From Candidatus Onthousia excrementipullorum (GTDB taxonomy: Bacteria; Bacillota_I; Bacilli_A; RF39; UBA660), in contig DVHC01000055.1 of assembly GCA_018712385.1 (NCBI GenBank), positions 1,448 through 65,447 on the forward strand: a stretch of 64,000 nt of DNA, in the 5' to 3' direction. A program made the position numbers and the translations under genes. Under the pieces are notes generated by a model. It did not search any database and was not told the origin of the DNA. It worked only from the letters and a program-made list of their open reading frames with translations. The first letter of the stretch is position 1; every line of letters starts with the position of its first letter. Below are positions 29,283 through 40,607 of this stretch, one piece after another.

Positions 29283-30035
29283 ATGGAAAATTATAAAATA
29301 AGAGAAGTAGTATTTGGATTAAGGAATGAATATTTAAGGATTGGGAAAAAAATGCAGGAATTAAATCAATATGCAGAACTTAATACTAAAAGATTTAGGT
29401 TTTTAAATGAGGATTTGCGTTTTCAAATTAATAATGGAGATTTAGGTTATTATTACTCATCTAGCCGTGATGATTGTTATTTGGTAAATTTATATGGCGA
29501 TTTAAGAAAAGAAAATAATTCTTATATTTCTGATGATATCTTAGAAATTAATGATATTGATAGTTTTAATGCTTTGGCAACAGATATTTTAAATGATGAT
29601 TTTAGTAAAAATATTGATTTATCTATAGAGTTTAATAATTGTGATGATAATGCTCAAATGATTAAAATAAATATTAACTCTGGTTATATTCGTATTTGGT
29701 TAGACAATATGTCTAAGCTAAAGAAATCGATGAATATGATTTATTGTGCTCCAGGTACGAGGTTTTGCTATCCTAGGGGTGATATAATTTGGATTAATAA
29801 ACAAAGAAGATTTGTTACAAAAAATGATATAGATGATTTTCTTGATATTCCAGTTCCTAAAGATATGTTATCTAATTATCATAGAAATGTGATAGATAGA
29901 AGTGATAATAATAAATATTTAGAATTGCTAATGAGAAAATGGTTTATGGCAAGTGGTAATTTTGAAATAATAGATGATAGTAATAAGGTTGTTCTAAAAA
30001 AAGTATATAGCCCTTATGGTATAAAAAGTATATAA
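29283..30035 (+). CDS. hypothetical protein, paralogue B
   Basis: Blocks FGLRNEYLRI, SGYIRIWLDN, NYHRNVIDRS and NFEIIDDSNKVVL are collinear with paralogue A. Confidence 0.5.
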   Translation: MENYKIREVVFGLRNEYLRIGKKMQELNQYAELNTKRFRFLNEDLRFQINNGDLGYYYSSSRDDCYLVNLYGDLRKENNSYISDDILEINDIDSFNALATDILNDDFSKNIDLSIEFNNCDDNAQMIKININSGYIRIWLDNMSKLKKSMNMIYCAPGTRFCYPRGDIIWINKQRRFVTKNDIDDFLDIPVPKDMLSNYHRNVIDRSDNNKYLELLMRKWFMASGNFEIIDDSNKVVLKKVYSPYGIKSI

Positions 30036-30065
30036 TAAAATGACTAATTAGAAAGAGGCGATGTT

Positions 30066-31448
30066 ATGAAATTATATAATACTCTTACAAGAAGTGTAGA
30101 AGAGTTTGTACCAATAGATAAGAATGAAGTTAAGATGTATACTTGTGGTCCTACTGTTTATCACTATGCTCATATTGGTAATTTAAGGACTTATATAATG
30201 GAAGACGTGTTAGAGAAAACTTTAAATATGTTAGGTTATAAAGTTAAACGTTGTATGAATATTACTGATGTGGGACATTTGTCAAGTGATTCTGATAGTG
30301 GTGAGGATAAAATGCTTAAAAGTGCTAAAAAAGAGCATAAATCAGTATTAGACATTGCTAAGTTTTACACTGATGAATTTAAAAAAGATACAGAAAAGCT
30401 TAATATTAATTGGCCTAGTATTGTTAGTCCTGCAACTAGTAATATAGATTCTTATATAAAGATGATAGAAAAATTACTAGAAGAGGGTTATGCTTATAAA
30501 GCTGGTGGTAATGTTTATTTTGATACTTCTAAACTTAGTGATTATTATATTTTAACTAATCATAAAGTAGATGATATGGTAGTGGGAGTACGTGAAGGAG
30601 TTGAGTTTGATAGTAATAAGAAAAATCAAGCTGACTTTGTTTTATGGTTTACTAAGTCTAAATTTGATTCTCAAGAATTGAAATGGGATAGCCCTTTTGG
30701 AGTAGGTTATCCTGGGTGGCATATAGAGTGTTCTTGTATTGCTATTAAAAATTTAGGAGAATACCTTGATATTCATTGTGGTGGCGTTGATAATATCTTT
30801 CCTCATCATACTAATGAAATTGCTCAGAGTGAAGCTTATTTAGGCCATAAATGGTGTAATTATTGGGTACATGGAGAACATTTAAATGATAAAAGTGGTA
30901 AGATGAGTAAAAGTAAGGGAGATATACTTACTGTTAGTACTTTAGAAGATGGGGGCTTTAATCCTTTAAGTTATCGTTATATGTGTTTAGAGTCTCATTA
31001 TCGTAAACCTTTACTTTTTACTTATGAAGCTTTGAGTCAAGCTGAGAATGCTTATAAGAAACTTAAAAATAGAGTATCTTTACTTAAAGATGAAGGAGAA
31101 CTTGATGAGACGATAGTTAAGACATATTTAGATAAGTTTAAAGATGCTTTATCTCTTGATATGAATACAGCGATGGCTTTAACAGTTCTTTATGAAGTAT
31201 TGAAACTTGATACTAGTGATAAGACTAAGAAATATTTAATTAGGGAATTTGATAAAGTTTTAAGTTTAGATTTACTAAAAAATGATATAATAGATATTGA
31301 TGATGAGATAAAAAGTTTAATAGAGAAGAGGAATATTGCTAAGCAAAATAAAGATTATGCCGAAGCGGATAGGATTCGTGATTATTTAGAAAGTATTGGA
31401 TTTCGTTTAATAGATAGTAGGGAAGGTACTACTATAGAGAAAATATAG
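30066..31448 (+). CDS. cysS: cysteine--tRNA ligase
   Basis: MYTCGPTVYHYAHIGN (HIGH), KMSKSKG, and a GWHIECS zinc site. Confidence 0.95.
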   Translation: MKLYNTLTRSVEEFVPIDKNEVKMYTCGPTVYHYAHIGNLRTYIMEDVLEKTLNMLGYKVKRCMNITDVGHLSSDSDSGEDKMLKSAKKEHKSVLDIAKFYTDEFKKDTEKLNINWPSIVSPATSNIDSYIKMIEKLLEEGYAYKAGGNVYFDTSKLSDYYILTNHKVDDMVVGVREGVEFDSNKKNQADFVLWFTKSKFDSQELKWDSPFGVGYPGWHIECSCIAIKNLGEYLDIHCGGVDNIFPHHTNEIAQSEAYLGHKWCNYWVHGEHLNDKSGKMSKSKGDILTVSTLEDGGFNPLSYRYMCLESHYRKPLLFTYEALSQAENAYKKLKNRVSLLKDEGELDETIVKTYLDKFKDALSLDMNTAMALTVLYEVLKLDTSDKTKKYLIREFDKVLSLDLLKNDIIDIDDEIKSLIEKRNIAKQNKDYAEADRIRDYLESIGFRLIDSREGTTIEKI

Positions 31449-31458
31449 GAGGTTTTAA

Positions 31459-32148
31459 ATGTTTTATTATATGTATTTTGGTTATGGACTTATTATAATT
31501 GCTTTTCTTATAACTCTTATTGCAGATATTTATTTAAGAACAAGATATAAAAAATATAAAAAAGTCAAAGTTAAAAGTGGTATGACAGGTGCAGAAGTTG
31601 CTCGTGAAATATTAAAAAGTAATGGTTTAGAGAATGTTTATGTTGTAGAGACAAGAGGATATTTAACTGACCATTATGATCCAAGAAGTAAAGTAGTTAG
31701 ACTTTCAACTGATATTTACAATGGAGACTCTATTGCAAGTGTTAGTGTGGCTGCTCATGAATGTGGACATGCTGTTCAAGATAAAGAGGGATATTTCTTT
31801 TTGAAATTTAGATCTTTCTTAGTTCCTATTGTTAACTTTAGTTCTAAATTTGGTTATTTAGCAGTTTTAATTGGTCTTATCTTTGGAGCGATGAACCTTG
31901 CTTGGGTAGGCATATTTCTTTTAGTGGCAATACTTTTATTTCAACTTATTACATTACCTGTGGAATTTAATGCTTCAAATCGTGGTAAAATGTTTCTTAG
32001 TAAACTTAAAATAGTTGATAATAGTGAAAGAAGTATGGCTAGTTCTATGTTAAACTCAGCAGCGATGACTTATGTCGCTTCACTTATTTCAACATTATTA
32101 GAACTACTTAGACTTGTATTAATAGTTATGGGTAATGATAGAGATTAG
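31459..32148 (+). CDS. membrane zinc metallopeptidase, YugP family
   Basis: AAHECGHAVQD HExxH motif flanked by TM segments. Confidence 0.75.
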   Translation: MFYYMYFGYGLIIIAFLITLIADIYLRTRYKKYKKVKVKSGMTGAEVAREILKSNGLENVYVVETRGYLTDHYDPRSKVVRLSTDIYNGDSIASVSVAAHECGHAVQDKEGYFFLKFRSFLVPIVNFSSKFGYLAVLIGLIFGAMNLAWVGIFLLVAILLFQLITLPVEFNASNRGKMFLSKLKIVDNSERSMASSMLNSAAMTYVASLISTLLELLRLVLIVMGNDRD

Positions 32149-32181
32149 ACTTTATAGTCTTTTTTCTTTAGGAGTGTGTTT

Positions 32182-32562
32182 ATGGATATTAGATGTGTTA
32201 ATTCTTTGGTACTTGCTTATCTTGGTGATGCTGTGTATGAAGAATATATTAGAATGTATTTAGTCGAGAAAAAATTTAATAAAGTTAATGACTTACAAAG
32301 AGAATCTATTAATTATGTTAGTGCGAAAAGACAGGCATTTTTCTTAGATGAAATGTTAGATAGAGACTTCTTTAATGAAGATGAGATTAGCGTTATAAGG
32401 CGAGCTAGAAATGCTAAGAGCCATTCTAATCCAAAGGGATGTAGTGTGATAGAATATAAAAAGGCAACGGCTCTTGAGGCTTTAATTGGGTATTTAAAAC
32501 TTGAGAATAAAGAAAATAGAATCGATGAAGTTATGAATTATATAGTGGAGGAATTATGTTAG
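32182..32562 (+). CDS. mrnC: mini-ribonuclease III
   Basis: LAYLGDAVYE motif. Syntenic cysS-mrnC-rlmB order. Confidence 0.85.
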   Translation: MDIRCVNSLVLAYLGDAVYEEYIRMYLVEKKFNKVNDLQRESINYVSAKRQAFFLDEMLDRDFFNEDEISVIRRARNAKSHSNPKGCSVIEYKKATALEALIGYLKLENKENRIDEVMNYIVEELC

Positions 32563-33260
32563 TATATGGAAGAAATGTAGCGGAAAGAATATTTAAGGAT
32601 GAAAAACTTTTAAAAAAAGTTAGAAAATTGAAAATTGAGGAGAAATATTACTTGAAAATTCAAAATCTACTAGGGGAATTTTCAAAATCTAAGATAAAAT
32701 TGGCTCGAAAATCGGAAATTGATAATTTGACCAAAGATAATCATCAAGGTATAATCATCGATATGGAGGACTACCGGTATACTCCTTTAAATAAAATACT
32801 AGAAAAAGAATATGATAAAGTTCTTATTTTAGATCATATTCTTGATCCTCATAACTTTGGGGCCATTATTAGAACAGCAGTGGCTGCAGGTTTTAATGCT
32901 ATTATCATTCCTAATGATAGACAAGTACTTGTTAATTCTACTGTTGTTAAGACTAGTGTGGGGGCAGTATTTGATATTGATATAGTCTTAGTTACTAATA
33001 TTAATAATACTATTAAAACCCTTAAAGATAATGGTTTTTGGATATATGGTACAGTTATGAATGGCAAAGACTATAGAGATGTTAATTATGATGGTAAGAC
33101 TTGTCTTGTCATTGGTAATGAAGAGAAAGGTATGAGTAAATTAGTTAAAGAGTCTTGTGACTTTCTAATTACTATTCCTATTAGTTCTAAAATAGATAGT
33201 TTAAATGCATCTGTGGCAGCGGGTATATTGATATATGAGGTAGTCCGAAGTAGAAAGTAG
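32556..33260 (+). CDS. rlmB: 23S rRNA 2'-O-methyltransferase, SpoU/TrmH family (RlmB/YacO)
   Basis: DPHNFGAIIRTA, LVIGNEEKGMS and SLNASVAAGILIYE SpoU motifs. Confidence 0.85.
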   Translation: MLVYGRNVAERIFKDEKLLKKVRKLKIEEKYYLKIQNLLGEFSKSKIKLARKSEIDNLTKDNHQGIIIDMEDYRYTPLNKILEKEYDKVLILDHILDPHNFGAIIRTAVAAGFNAIIIPNDRQVLVNSTVVKTSVGAVFDIDIVLVTNINNTIKTLKDNGFWIYGTVMNGKDYRDVNYDGKTCLVIGNEEKGMSKLVKESCDFLITIPISSKIDSLNASVAAGILIYEVVRSRK

Positions 33261-33265
33261 GAGTT

Positions 33266-33835
33266 ATGAAATACAATGATTATGAACTATTAGATTTAAT
33301 TTATGATAATGATGAAGTAGCTTATGATATTATGCTTAATAAGTATAAACCTATTATCTATAATAAAGCTTTAGAGTATTATAACTACTTAAAAGATAAT
33401 AAGTGTACAGGGTTTACTTTGGAGGATTTTTATGAAGAGGGTATCATTGCTTTTAATAATGCTGTTAGAAATTATGATCCTAATAAAGGGAGCTTGTTCT
33501 ATTCTTATCTATTAGTATGTTTATCATCTGGGTTTAATCTCTTGTATAGAAATATACTTAAATTAAAGAATAGACCTCTTTTAAAATATAAAGAGTTAGA
33601 TTTTGAAGTAAGAGACTCTAGGGCAGTAGATCCATATGATGATATAGATAATTTAGATATATATAATAAATTAGATGACTATTTAGATAGTTTAAGTCAA
33701 TTAGATTCTGCTATTATTACTTTAAGAATAAATAACTTTAAATATTCGGAAATATCTAATCTTTTAGATGTTAGTTCTTCTCATATTAGTAGAGTTGTTA
33801 AAGCGATGAGGGAAAAATTTAAATTTTGTGGTTGA
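33266..33835 (+). CDS. sigH: sigma-70 family sigma factor, SigH-like by position
   Basis: Region 2 (YKPIIYNKA...EDFYEEGIIAFNNAVRNYD) and a region 4 HTH (YSEISNLLDVSSSHISRVV). Follows rlmB as in Bacillus. Confidence 0.6.
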   Translation: MKYNDYELLDLIYDNDEVAYDIMLNKYKPIIYNKALEYYNYLKDNKCTGFTLEDFYEEGIIAFNNAVRNYDPNKGSLFYSYLLVCLSSGFNLLYRNILKLKNRPLLKYKELDFEVRDSRAVDPYDDIDNLDIYNKLDDYLDSLSQLDSAIITLRINNFKYSEISNLLDVSSSHISRVVKAMREKFKFCG

Positions 33836-33982
33836 CAATTCTTACTTTTCTTTGCTATTATCTTTCTAATCTTTAGAAGAGGTAGTGATATTATGAGAGG
33901 TTCTTTAAATATATTTAATAATTAATAAAAATGGCTTTTTTGGTAAGCCGTTTTTTTGTAAATAAATTTAGGAAGGAGTGAT

Positions 33983-35461
33983 ATGATGATAACTATTGAT
34001 GATGTACTTGCTAAAGTTAAAGAGAATAATATAGGAGGAGAAGAAGTTATTAGAAGAGCCTATTTGCTAGCTTCTAAGCTTCATGAAGGACAGTTTAGAC
34101 AGAGTGGAGAGCCTTATATAACTCATCCTTTGCATGTCGCTTATATTCTAGCTTGTACTTATAACGATGTAGAGACAATAATAGCAGGGCTTTTACATGA
34201 TACTATTGAAGATACTGATATAACTTTAAGTGAGATAGAGTCTATATTTGGAAGTAATGTGGCAAGACTTGTTGATGGAGTTAGTAAATTAAAAGGGCTA
34301 AACTTTTCTAGTAAGAGTGAAAAAGTAGAGGCTAATACTGCTAAGATATTAAGAGCGATTAATGAAGATATTAGAGTTATTTCTATTAAATGTGCTGATA
34401 GATTACATAATATGGAAACTATTGGTTTTAAAACAGAGTTTAAACAAAAAGAGAATGCTCTTGAGACAATAGATTTGTATGTTCCTTTGGCATATCGTAT
34501 TGGTATGTATGAGATAAAGAAAAAATTAGAGGATTTATCTTTTAAAGTATTAAATCCTTTGGAATATGAAGATACTTCAAGAAAAATAAATGACTATTTA
34601 AATGAAAATAAAGAAACTTTAGATTATGTTGTTTATAAGACGGAAAAAGTTTTAAGAGATAATGGTATTAATTGTGTTGTTAAGTTAAGAGTAAAAGAAG
34701 TTTATAGTACTTATAAAAAGATGCTTAAATTAAATAAAAGGCAAAGAAAAGTTAGTAGTCAAGAAACTAGTATTGTTACTATAGATGCGATACATGATTT
34801 GTTTGCACTTAAGATTGTTACTGATGAGTATTTGGATTGTTATAAAGCTTTAGGTGTTATACATAAAGAGTATGATATTGATTCAACAAGATTTAAAGAA
34901 TTTATTGCTGGACCCAAAACTAATTTATATAGGTCTTTGCATACTGTTTTATGTATTAATAATTGTTTAGTGCAGGCTCAGATTAGGACTAAGGAGATGG
35001 ATATGGTTGATACTTATGGGCTTCCTTATTATATTTATTCTAAGAATAAACCATTTAGTGAAGTACAAGATGAGATAAGAGATAGTTTACAATTTTGTAA
35101 AGACCTTAACTTTCTTAGTGAATACTTTGAAAGAAATGATTTGTATGTAGAGAAAGTTAAAAAAGAGTTATTTGCTAAAGAAAATGTTTATGTTAGGACT
35201 AAAAATAATAAGACTATTGAATTGCCTTTAGGTTCTACTCCTATAGATTTAGCATTTCTAGAAAGTGATAATACTGGTTATAATTTAGGAAGAGTTATTG
35301 TTAATGGAATAGAAGTACCACTTGATTATCAATTAAAAAATAATGATAGAGTCTCTTTTATAATGGGAGGTAGTCCTGAAGATTATTGGTTGGATTCTGC
35401 TAAAACGACAAGAGCGAAAGAGAAGATACTTAAATATAAACGGGCTTGTAATTACTCTTAA
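33983..35461 (+). CDS. relA: RelA/SpoT-homologue (p)ppGpp synthetase/hydrolase, short form ending after the TGS-like domain
   Basis: HD domain (HPLHVAYILA...LLHDTIEDT), synthetase core (YSTYKKM...YRSLHTV), TGS-like C-terminal region. Confidence 0.8.
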   Translation: MMITIDDVLAKVKENNIGGEEVIRRAYLLASKLHEGQFRQSGEPYITHPLHVAYILACTYNDVETIIAGLLHDTIEDTDITLSEIESIFGSNVARLVDGVSKLKGLNFSSKSEKVEANTAKILRAINEDIRVISIKCADRLHNMETIGFKTEFKQKENALETIDLYVPLAYRIGMYEIKKKLEDLSFKVLNPLEYEDTSRKINDYLNENKETLDYVVYKTEKVLRDNGINCVVKLRVKEVYSTYKKMLKLNKRQRKVSSQETSIVTIDAIHDLFALKIVTDEYLDCYKALGVIHKEYDIDSTRFKEFIAGPKTNLYRSLHTVLCINNCLVQAQIRTKEMDMVDTYGLPYYIYSKNKPFSEVQDEIRDSLQFCKDLNFLSEYFERNDLYVEKVKKELFAKENVYVRTKNNKTIELPLGSTPIDLAFLESDNTGYNLGRVIVNGIEVPLDYQLKNNDRVSFIMGGSPEDYWLDSAKTTRAKEKILKYKRACNYS

Positions 35462-35504
35462 AATGCTATAAAATGATAGTATAAGAATAGAACGATAGAA
35501 AGCA

Positions 35505-36206
35505 GTGATGCCTATGGGAGAGATAATTAGATTTCCTTTTGAAGAGACATTAGATGAGTATACTAAGACTTATCATAATAATGATGAGTATACACGTCTT
35601 TTTTATGTAATGGATTCTACGATGAAGTATATTCATGGTAAAGGGTATTATGTTATTAACTTTAATCCTAAAAATATAGTAGTAGGGGTCACTAATGATA
35701 ATAGAGATTTTGTTAATTTTAAGAGTTTAGATGTAATGGATGATGATATAACTAATAAAATTAATAATAATATATATAACTTAGCTTTCTTGGAGATAGG
35801 TCTTTTATCAGAGACTTTGGAGCATTTAAGACCTGACTTTTTAAAACAGAACTTTTCACAGTTTAAGATATTTATACCAGAGAACTTAGTTAATTATTAT
35901 CAGATGATAGTAGTTAATGGAGGACATACTTATTTGTGTGATTATTTAGAGATTAAAAATAAACAGGAGATTACAAAACTTAATAAGGCTCTTCTAGAAG
36001 AAGGAGGAGCTAGTAAGGGTAGAAGTTATGTTAAGAGTACCGGTCATTATGGTAATGATGATGAAATAATTGTTCCTATGAAATTACCTAATCAAGATAA
36101 TAAAGATAATATAGCAGCTTTTGTTACGAATTATGCTTTAGCTTTCGTTATAATTGCTAGTAGTTTATTAATACCTATTATTGCTTTCTTATTAGGAGCT
36201 AAGTAG
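35505..36206 (+). CDS. hypothetical tail-anchored membrane protein
   Basis: Soluble N-terminal domain plus one C-terminal TM segment (FVTNYALAFVIIASSLLIPIIAFLLG). No motif recognised. Confidence 0.4.
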   Translation: MMPMGEIIRFPFEETLDEYTKTYHNNDEYTRLFYVMDSTMKYIHGKGYYVINFNPKNIVVGVTNDNRDFVNFKSLDVMDDDITNKINNNIYNLAFLEIGLLSETLEHLRPDFLKQNFSQFKIFIPENLVNYYQMIVVNGGHTYLCDYLEIKNKQEITKLNKALLEEGGASKGRSYVKSTGHYGNDDEIIVPMKLPNQDNKDNIAAFVTNYALAFVIIASSLLIPIIAFLLGAK

Positions 36207-36225
36207 GAAATATAAGGAGGAGTTT

Positions 36226-37197
36226 ATGGGGATAGAAAAAATGGGTTCTTTAGAGGGAAGAGCTATAAGAAATGGAAGAGCTATTGATATGCAATGGCTA
36301 AGAGAGAACGAAGTTAATGAAATGAGAACTTCACATGATGTTGATGAAACAAAGGATTCGAGTGATTATATTGATCCAGAATCTTATAAACAGGAGCTTG
36401 AGGAATTAAGAGAAATATTGAAAAATATGGATAAAGAAGATGAAAAAGAAGATGCAGATGTATTGGATTCTTCTTCTAATTTATATGGGCAAGATGTTAC
36501 ATCAAATGAAAGAAAAAAGTTAGAAATATATACTGAACAAGATGCAGAAGCAGAGAGACAAAAAGGTTTTGCTATTCCAAGACAGTATGTTGTTTTGAAT
36601 GGAGATAAATATTATTTTTCTCAAGAGTATATTGCAACTCCTAAGACTAGTGAGGAGTTAGAAGCTGATAGAATAAGTCAAGAGTTAGCAGCTGCCGCTG
36701 GTATTGAAGTTCCAGAAAGTTCAACTTTTAAAAATTCTCATTATGCCAATACGGGATTACTTCCTAATGGTAATATGATATTAAAAGATCCAACTGGTAT
36801 GATGGGAATGGTAGATTCTTATGGTGATATTTTAATAGATTTTAAATATCATTCTATAAAGCCTATAACTAATAGAAATAACGAAATTGTACATGATAAT
36901 TGCTTTATTGCAGAGACCAATAATTCTCATTTTAGTGAAAAAATTAATAATGTTGTTTATTCTACTGGAATAATTGAAAGTGATGGTACAGAACTATATC
37001 CTATTGATGAAAGTGATGTAGAGACGATTAGATATGATGATGAAAACGATATATTACATTGCTGTAATTATAATGATTGGGTTGGACTTGCTTATTCTAA
37101 AACGGGATTTGAGAAAGATATAAAAACTATATATGGTTATGAATTAGAATCTGGGTATGATAGATACTCTGATTTAGAAGATAAAATTTTTGGATAA
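36226..37197 (+). CDS. hypothetical protein (acidic N-terminal region, possible WG-like repeats)
   Basis: GGAGG RBS. The repeats of type DSYGDILIDFKYHSIKPI are only weakly recognisable. Confidence 0.4.
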   Translation: MGIEKMGSLEGRAIRNGRAIDMQWLRENEVNEMRTSHDVDETKDSSDYIDPESYKQELEELREILKNMDKEDEKEDADVLDSSSNLYGQDVTSNERKKLEIYTEQDAEAERQKGFAIPRQYVVLNGDKYYFSQEYIATPKTSEELEADRISQELAAAAGIEVPESSTFKNSHYANTGLLPNGNMILKDPTGMMGMVDSYGDILIDFKYHSIKPITNRNNEIVHDNCFIAETNNSHFSEKINNVVYSTGIIESDGTELYPIDESDVETIRYDDENDILHCCNYNDWVGLAYSKTGFEKDIKTIYGYELESGYDRYSDLEDKIFG

Positions 37198-37345
37198 TTT
37201 AATAAAGTATAGATTAATTCAAGGTCTATACTTTTATTATTCTCTATTTATAGAAAATTTGTTTGACTAATTAGTATACTTATGGTATATTTTGGTAGTA
37301 GAAAAATGTATTATTTTGTATTATAATATATAACGTTTTAAGGAA

Positions 37346-40162
37346 GTGGTATTTGTGGATAAAATAATAGTTAAAGGTGCTAGAGAAAACAATTTAAAGA
37401 ATGTTTCGATAGAATTACCTAAGAATAAATTAATTGTAATGACTGGTGTTAGTGGTAGTGGTAAATCTTCTCTTGCTTTTGATACGATATATGCTGAAGG
37501 ACAAAGAAGATATGTAGAGAGTTTATCTGCTTATGCTAGACAGTTTTTAGGGGGAACAGAAAAGCCTGATGTTGACTCTATAGAAGGTCTTAGCCCTGCT
37601 ATTAGTATAGACCAGAAGACGACTAGTAAGAATCCTCGTAGTACTGTTGGTACTGTTACTGAGATATATGATTATTTACGTCTTTTATTTGCAAGAGTAG
37701 GGGTTCCATATTGTCCTAATCATAATATTCCGATAACTAGTCAAAGTATTGAAGAGATGACTAATAAAATATTGGAACATGACATGGGAACTAAACTCGT
37801 TATTATGGCTCCTGTTGTTCATGGAGAGAAAGGTACTCATAAAGATTTACTTGATGATTTAAGGAAACAAGGGTTTGTTAGAGTTAGAATAAATGGAGAA
37901 ATGCATGATTTAACTGAGGAGATTAACTTAGAGAAAAATAAGAAGTCTAATATTGAAGTAATTGTTGATAGAATTGTTTTGAAAGATGGTATTAGAAGTA
38001 GATTATTTGAGTCTTTAGAGGTTGCGACTAAACTCAGTAAAGGTAAAGTCGTAGTAGATTTTCTTGGGGACAAAGAAGTAGTTTATTCAGAAGATTTTGC
38101 ATGTCCATATTGTGATTTTTCACTACCTGAACTTGAACCTCGTCTATTTAGTTTTAATGCGCCTTATGGAGCATGTCCTGAATGTAAAGGGCTTGGTATT
38201 AAGTTAAAAATAGACCCTGATTTAGTTATTCCTGATAAGAGTAAATCATTAAAAGATGGAGCGATTGTTACTCTTGGTGATGATACTGATAATATTTATT
38301 ATAAAAGACTTGAGTGTATGTGTAAGCATTATAAGATTAGTACTAGTAAACCATTTAAAAAGTTAACAGAAAGAGAGAAAGACTTAATCCTTTATGGAAG
38401 TGATGAGTTAATTCATTTTAACTATAAATCTAAAAGTGGTAATGTTACTAATCAAACTGATTACTATGAAGGTATTATCAATAATCTAGAACGTCGTTAT
38501 ATGGAAACATCAAGTAGTTGGATTAGAGAATGGTTAGAGAAGTTTATGATAGAGCAGACTTGTGAAGTTTGTGGTGGGGCTCGTTTAGCTGATAATGTGC
38601 TTTCTGTTAAAGTAGGTAAGAAAAATATTTATGAAGTAACGTGTATGAGTGTTAAAGAGCTTATTACTTTCTTTGATAAATTAAAACTTAGTGAAGAGAA
38701 GATGCAGATAGCTGACCTTATTCTTAAAGAGATTAAATCACGTTTATCTTTCTTAAAAAATGTAGGACTTGAATATTTAACTCTTGCCAGAAGTGCGGGA
38801 ACATTAAGTGGTGGAGAGGCACAACGTATTAGACTAGCAACACAAATAGGTTCTCGTTTAACAGGGGTACTTTATGTTCTTGATGAACCTAGTATAGGAC
38901 TTCATCAAAGAGATAATGATAGACTTATTAATTCTTTACTTGAAATGAGAGATTTAGGTAATACTTTAATAGTTGTAGAACATGATACCGATACAATGCT
39001 TGCTGCTGATTACCTTGTTGATGTTGGCCCTGAAGCAGGAGATAGAGGTGGAAAGATTGTCGCAGCAGGTACACCAGAAGAAGTAATGAAGTGTGATGAG
39101 AGTATTACAGGACGTTATTTAAGTGGAAAAGAAAGTATTCTTGTACCTAAAACAAGAAGAAAAGGTACTGGTAAGTTTATAACTATTAAAGGTGCTAAGG
39201 AGAACAATTTAAAAAATATAGATGTTAAAATTCCTCTTGGAACATTCACCCTAGTAACTGGTGTTAGTGGTAGTGGTAAGAGTAGTTTAATTAATGAGAT
39301 ACTTGTTAAAGCGGCTTCTAATACTTTATATAAATCTAAAGTTAAACCTGGTAAACATGATAAAATATTAGGACTTAATAATATTGATAAACTTGTTGAT
39401 ATATCACAGTCACCAATTGGAAGAACTCCTAGAAGTAACCCTGCAACATATACAGGGGTATTTGATGATATTAGAGAGCTTTTCACTAATACTAAAGAAG
39501 CGAAGATGTATGGCTTTGAGAAGAATAGATTTTCCTTTAATGTAAAAGGTGGTAGATGTGAAGCTTGTAGAGGAGATGGAGTTAAGAAAATAGAGATGCA
39601 TTTCTTACCAGATGTTTATGTTCCTTGTGAAGTTTGTCATGGTACAAGGTATAATAGAGAAACTTTAAACATTTACTATAAAGAGAAGAACATTGCAGAT
39701 GTCTTAGATATGCGAGTTAGTGAGGCCTTAGAATTCTTTAGTAATGTTCCTAAGATTAAAAATAAACTTCAAGTATTAGAAGATGTAGGACTAGGATATA
39801 TTAAATTAGGACAAAGTGCTCCAACACTAAGTGGAGGGGAAGCAGAGAGAGTTAAACTTGCTAAAGAGTTACAGAAAAAGCCAACTGGTAAAACTTTGTA
39901 TGTTCTAGATGAACCAACAACAGGACTACATTCTGCAGATATTAAGAAGTTACTTGCAATTTTACAGAAAATAGTCGATAATAAAGATACAGTACTTGTT
40001 ATAGAGCATAATCTAGATGTTATTAAATGTGCTGATTATATTATTGATTTAGGTCCAGAAGGAGGAGATGGAGGAGGTAGTGTAGTTGCTACTGGTACTC
40101 CAGAAGAGATTAGTAAAGTTAAAGAATCTTATACAGGACAATTTTTAAAGAAAATGTTATAA
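37346..40162 (+). CDS. uvrA: excinuclease ABC subunit A
   Basis: Two ABC modules (GVSGSGKSS twice, [16 protein letters not shown]) and Cys4 zinc fingers. Confidence 0.97.
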   Translation: MVFVDKIIVKGARENNLKNVSIELPKNKLIVMTGVSGSGKSSLAFDTIYAEGQRRYVESLSAYARQFLGGTEKPDVDSIEGLSPAISIDQKTTSKNPRSTVGTVTEIYDYLRLLFARVGVPYCPNHNIPITSQSIEEMTNKILEHDMGTKLVIMAPVVHGEKGTHKDLLDDLRKQGFVRVRINGEMHDLTEEINLEKNKKSNIEVIVDRIVLKDGIRSRLFESLEVATKLSKGKVVVDFLGDKEVVYSEDFACPYCDFSLPELEPRLFSFNAPYGACPECKGLGIKLKIDPDLVIPDKSKSLKDGAIVTLGDDTDNIYYKRLECMCKHYKISTSKPFKKLTEREKDLILYGSDELIHFNYKSKSGNVTNQTDYYEGIINNLERRYMETSSSWIREWLEKFMIEQTCEVCGGARLADNVLSVKVGKKNIYEVTCMSVKELITFFDKLKLSEEKMQIADLILKEIKSRLSFLKNVGLEYLTLARSAGTLSGGEAQRIRLATQIGSRLTGVLYVLDEPSIGLHQRDNDRLINSLLEMRDLGNTLIVVEHDTDTMLAADYLVDVGPEAGDRGGKIVAAGTPEEVMKCDESITGRYLSGKESILVPKTRRKGTGKFITIKGAKENNLKNIDVKIPLGTFTLVTGVSGSGKSSLINEILVKAASNTLYKSKVKPGKHDKILGLNNIDKLVDISQSPIGRTPRSNPATYTGVFDDIRELFTNTKEAKMYGFEKNRFSFNVKGGRCEACRGDGVKKIEMHFLPDVYVPCEVCHGTRYNRETLNIYYKEKNIADVLDMRVSEALEFFSNVPKIKNKLQVLEDVGLGYIKLGQSAPTLSGGEAERVKLAKELQKKPTGKTLYVLDEPTTGLHSADIKKLLAILQKIVDNKDTVLVIEHNLDVIKCADYIIDLGPEGGDGGGSVVATGTPEEISKVKESYTGQFLKKML

Positions 40163-40178
40163 ATTATAGGAGGAGACT

Positions 40179-40607
40179 ATGAAGATAATTGTAACGACAA
40201 AAGAGAAAATCAGATTAAATAGATTTTTAGAATGGCTTTTGTATTTTGCAAGTTACTCTATAGTCTTCTTTTTAGTTTCTAAATTTTTTAAAACTTTTTA
40301 TATTGACCCTCATCATCCTCTTCTTTTTTCAATATTAGCTTCATTTATAATATATATTTTAAATCAGACTGTTAAACCCTTGTTAGTTAGATTTACAATA
40401 CCAGTGACGGCTCTTACTTTTGGTCTTTTCTATCCATTTATCAATTTATTTATTTTAAAACTTACAGATTGGATTTTAGGTAAGTATTTTAATCTTTTGG
40501 ATATATGGGTTGCTCTTGCTATATCAATATTAATTTCTGTGGCAAATGTTTTAATAGAAGAGTTTGTCATTAAACCAATTATTAGAAAGGTTAAACATCA
40601 TGGATAG
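40179..40607 (+). CDS. phage-holin-4-2/YvlD-like small membrane protein
   Basis: Four TM segments, about 140 aa. Position near uvrA/lgt matches the yvl genes of Bacillus. Confidence 0.5.
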   Translation: MKIIVTTKEKIRLNRFLEWLLYFASYSIVFFLVSKFFKTFYIDPHHPLLFSILASFIIYILNQTVKPLLVRFTIPVTALTFGLFYPFINLFILKLTDWILGKYFNLLDIWVALAISILISVANVLIEEFVIKPIIRKVKHHG

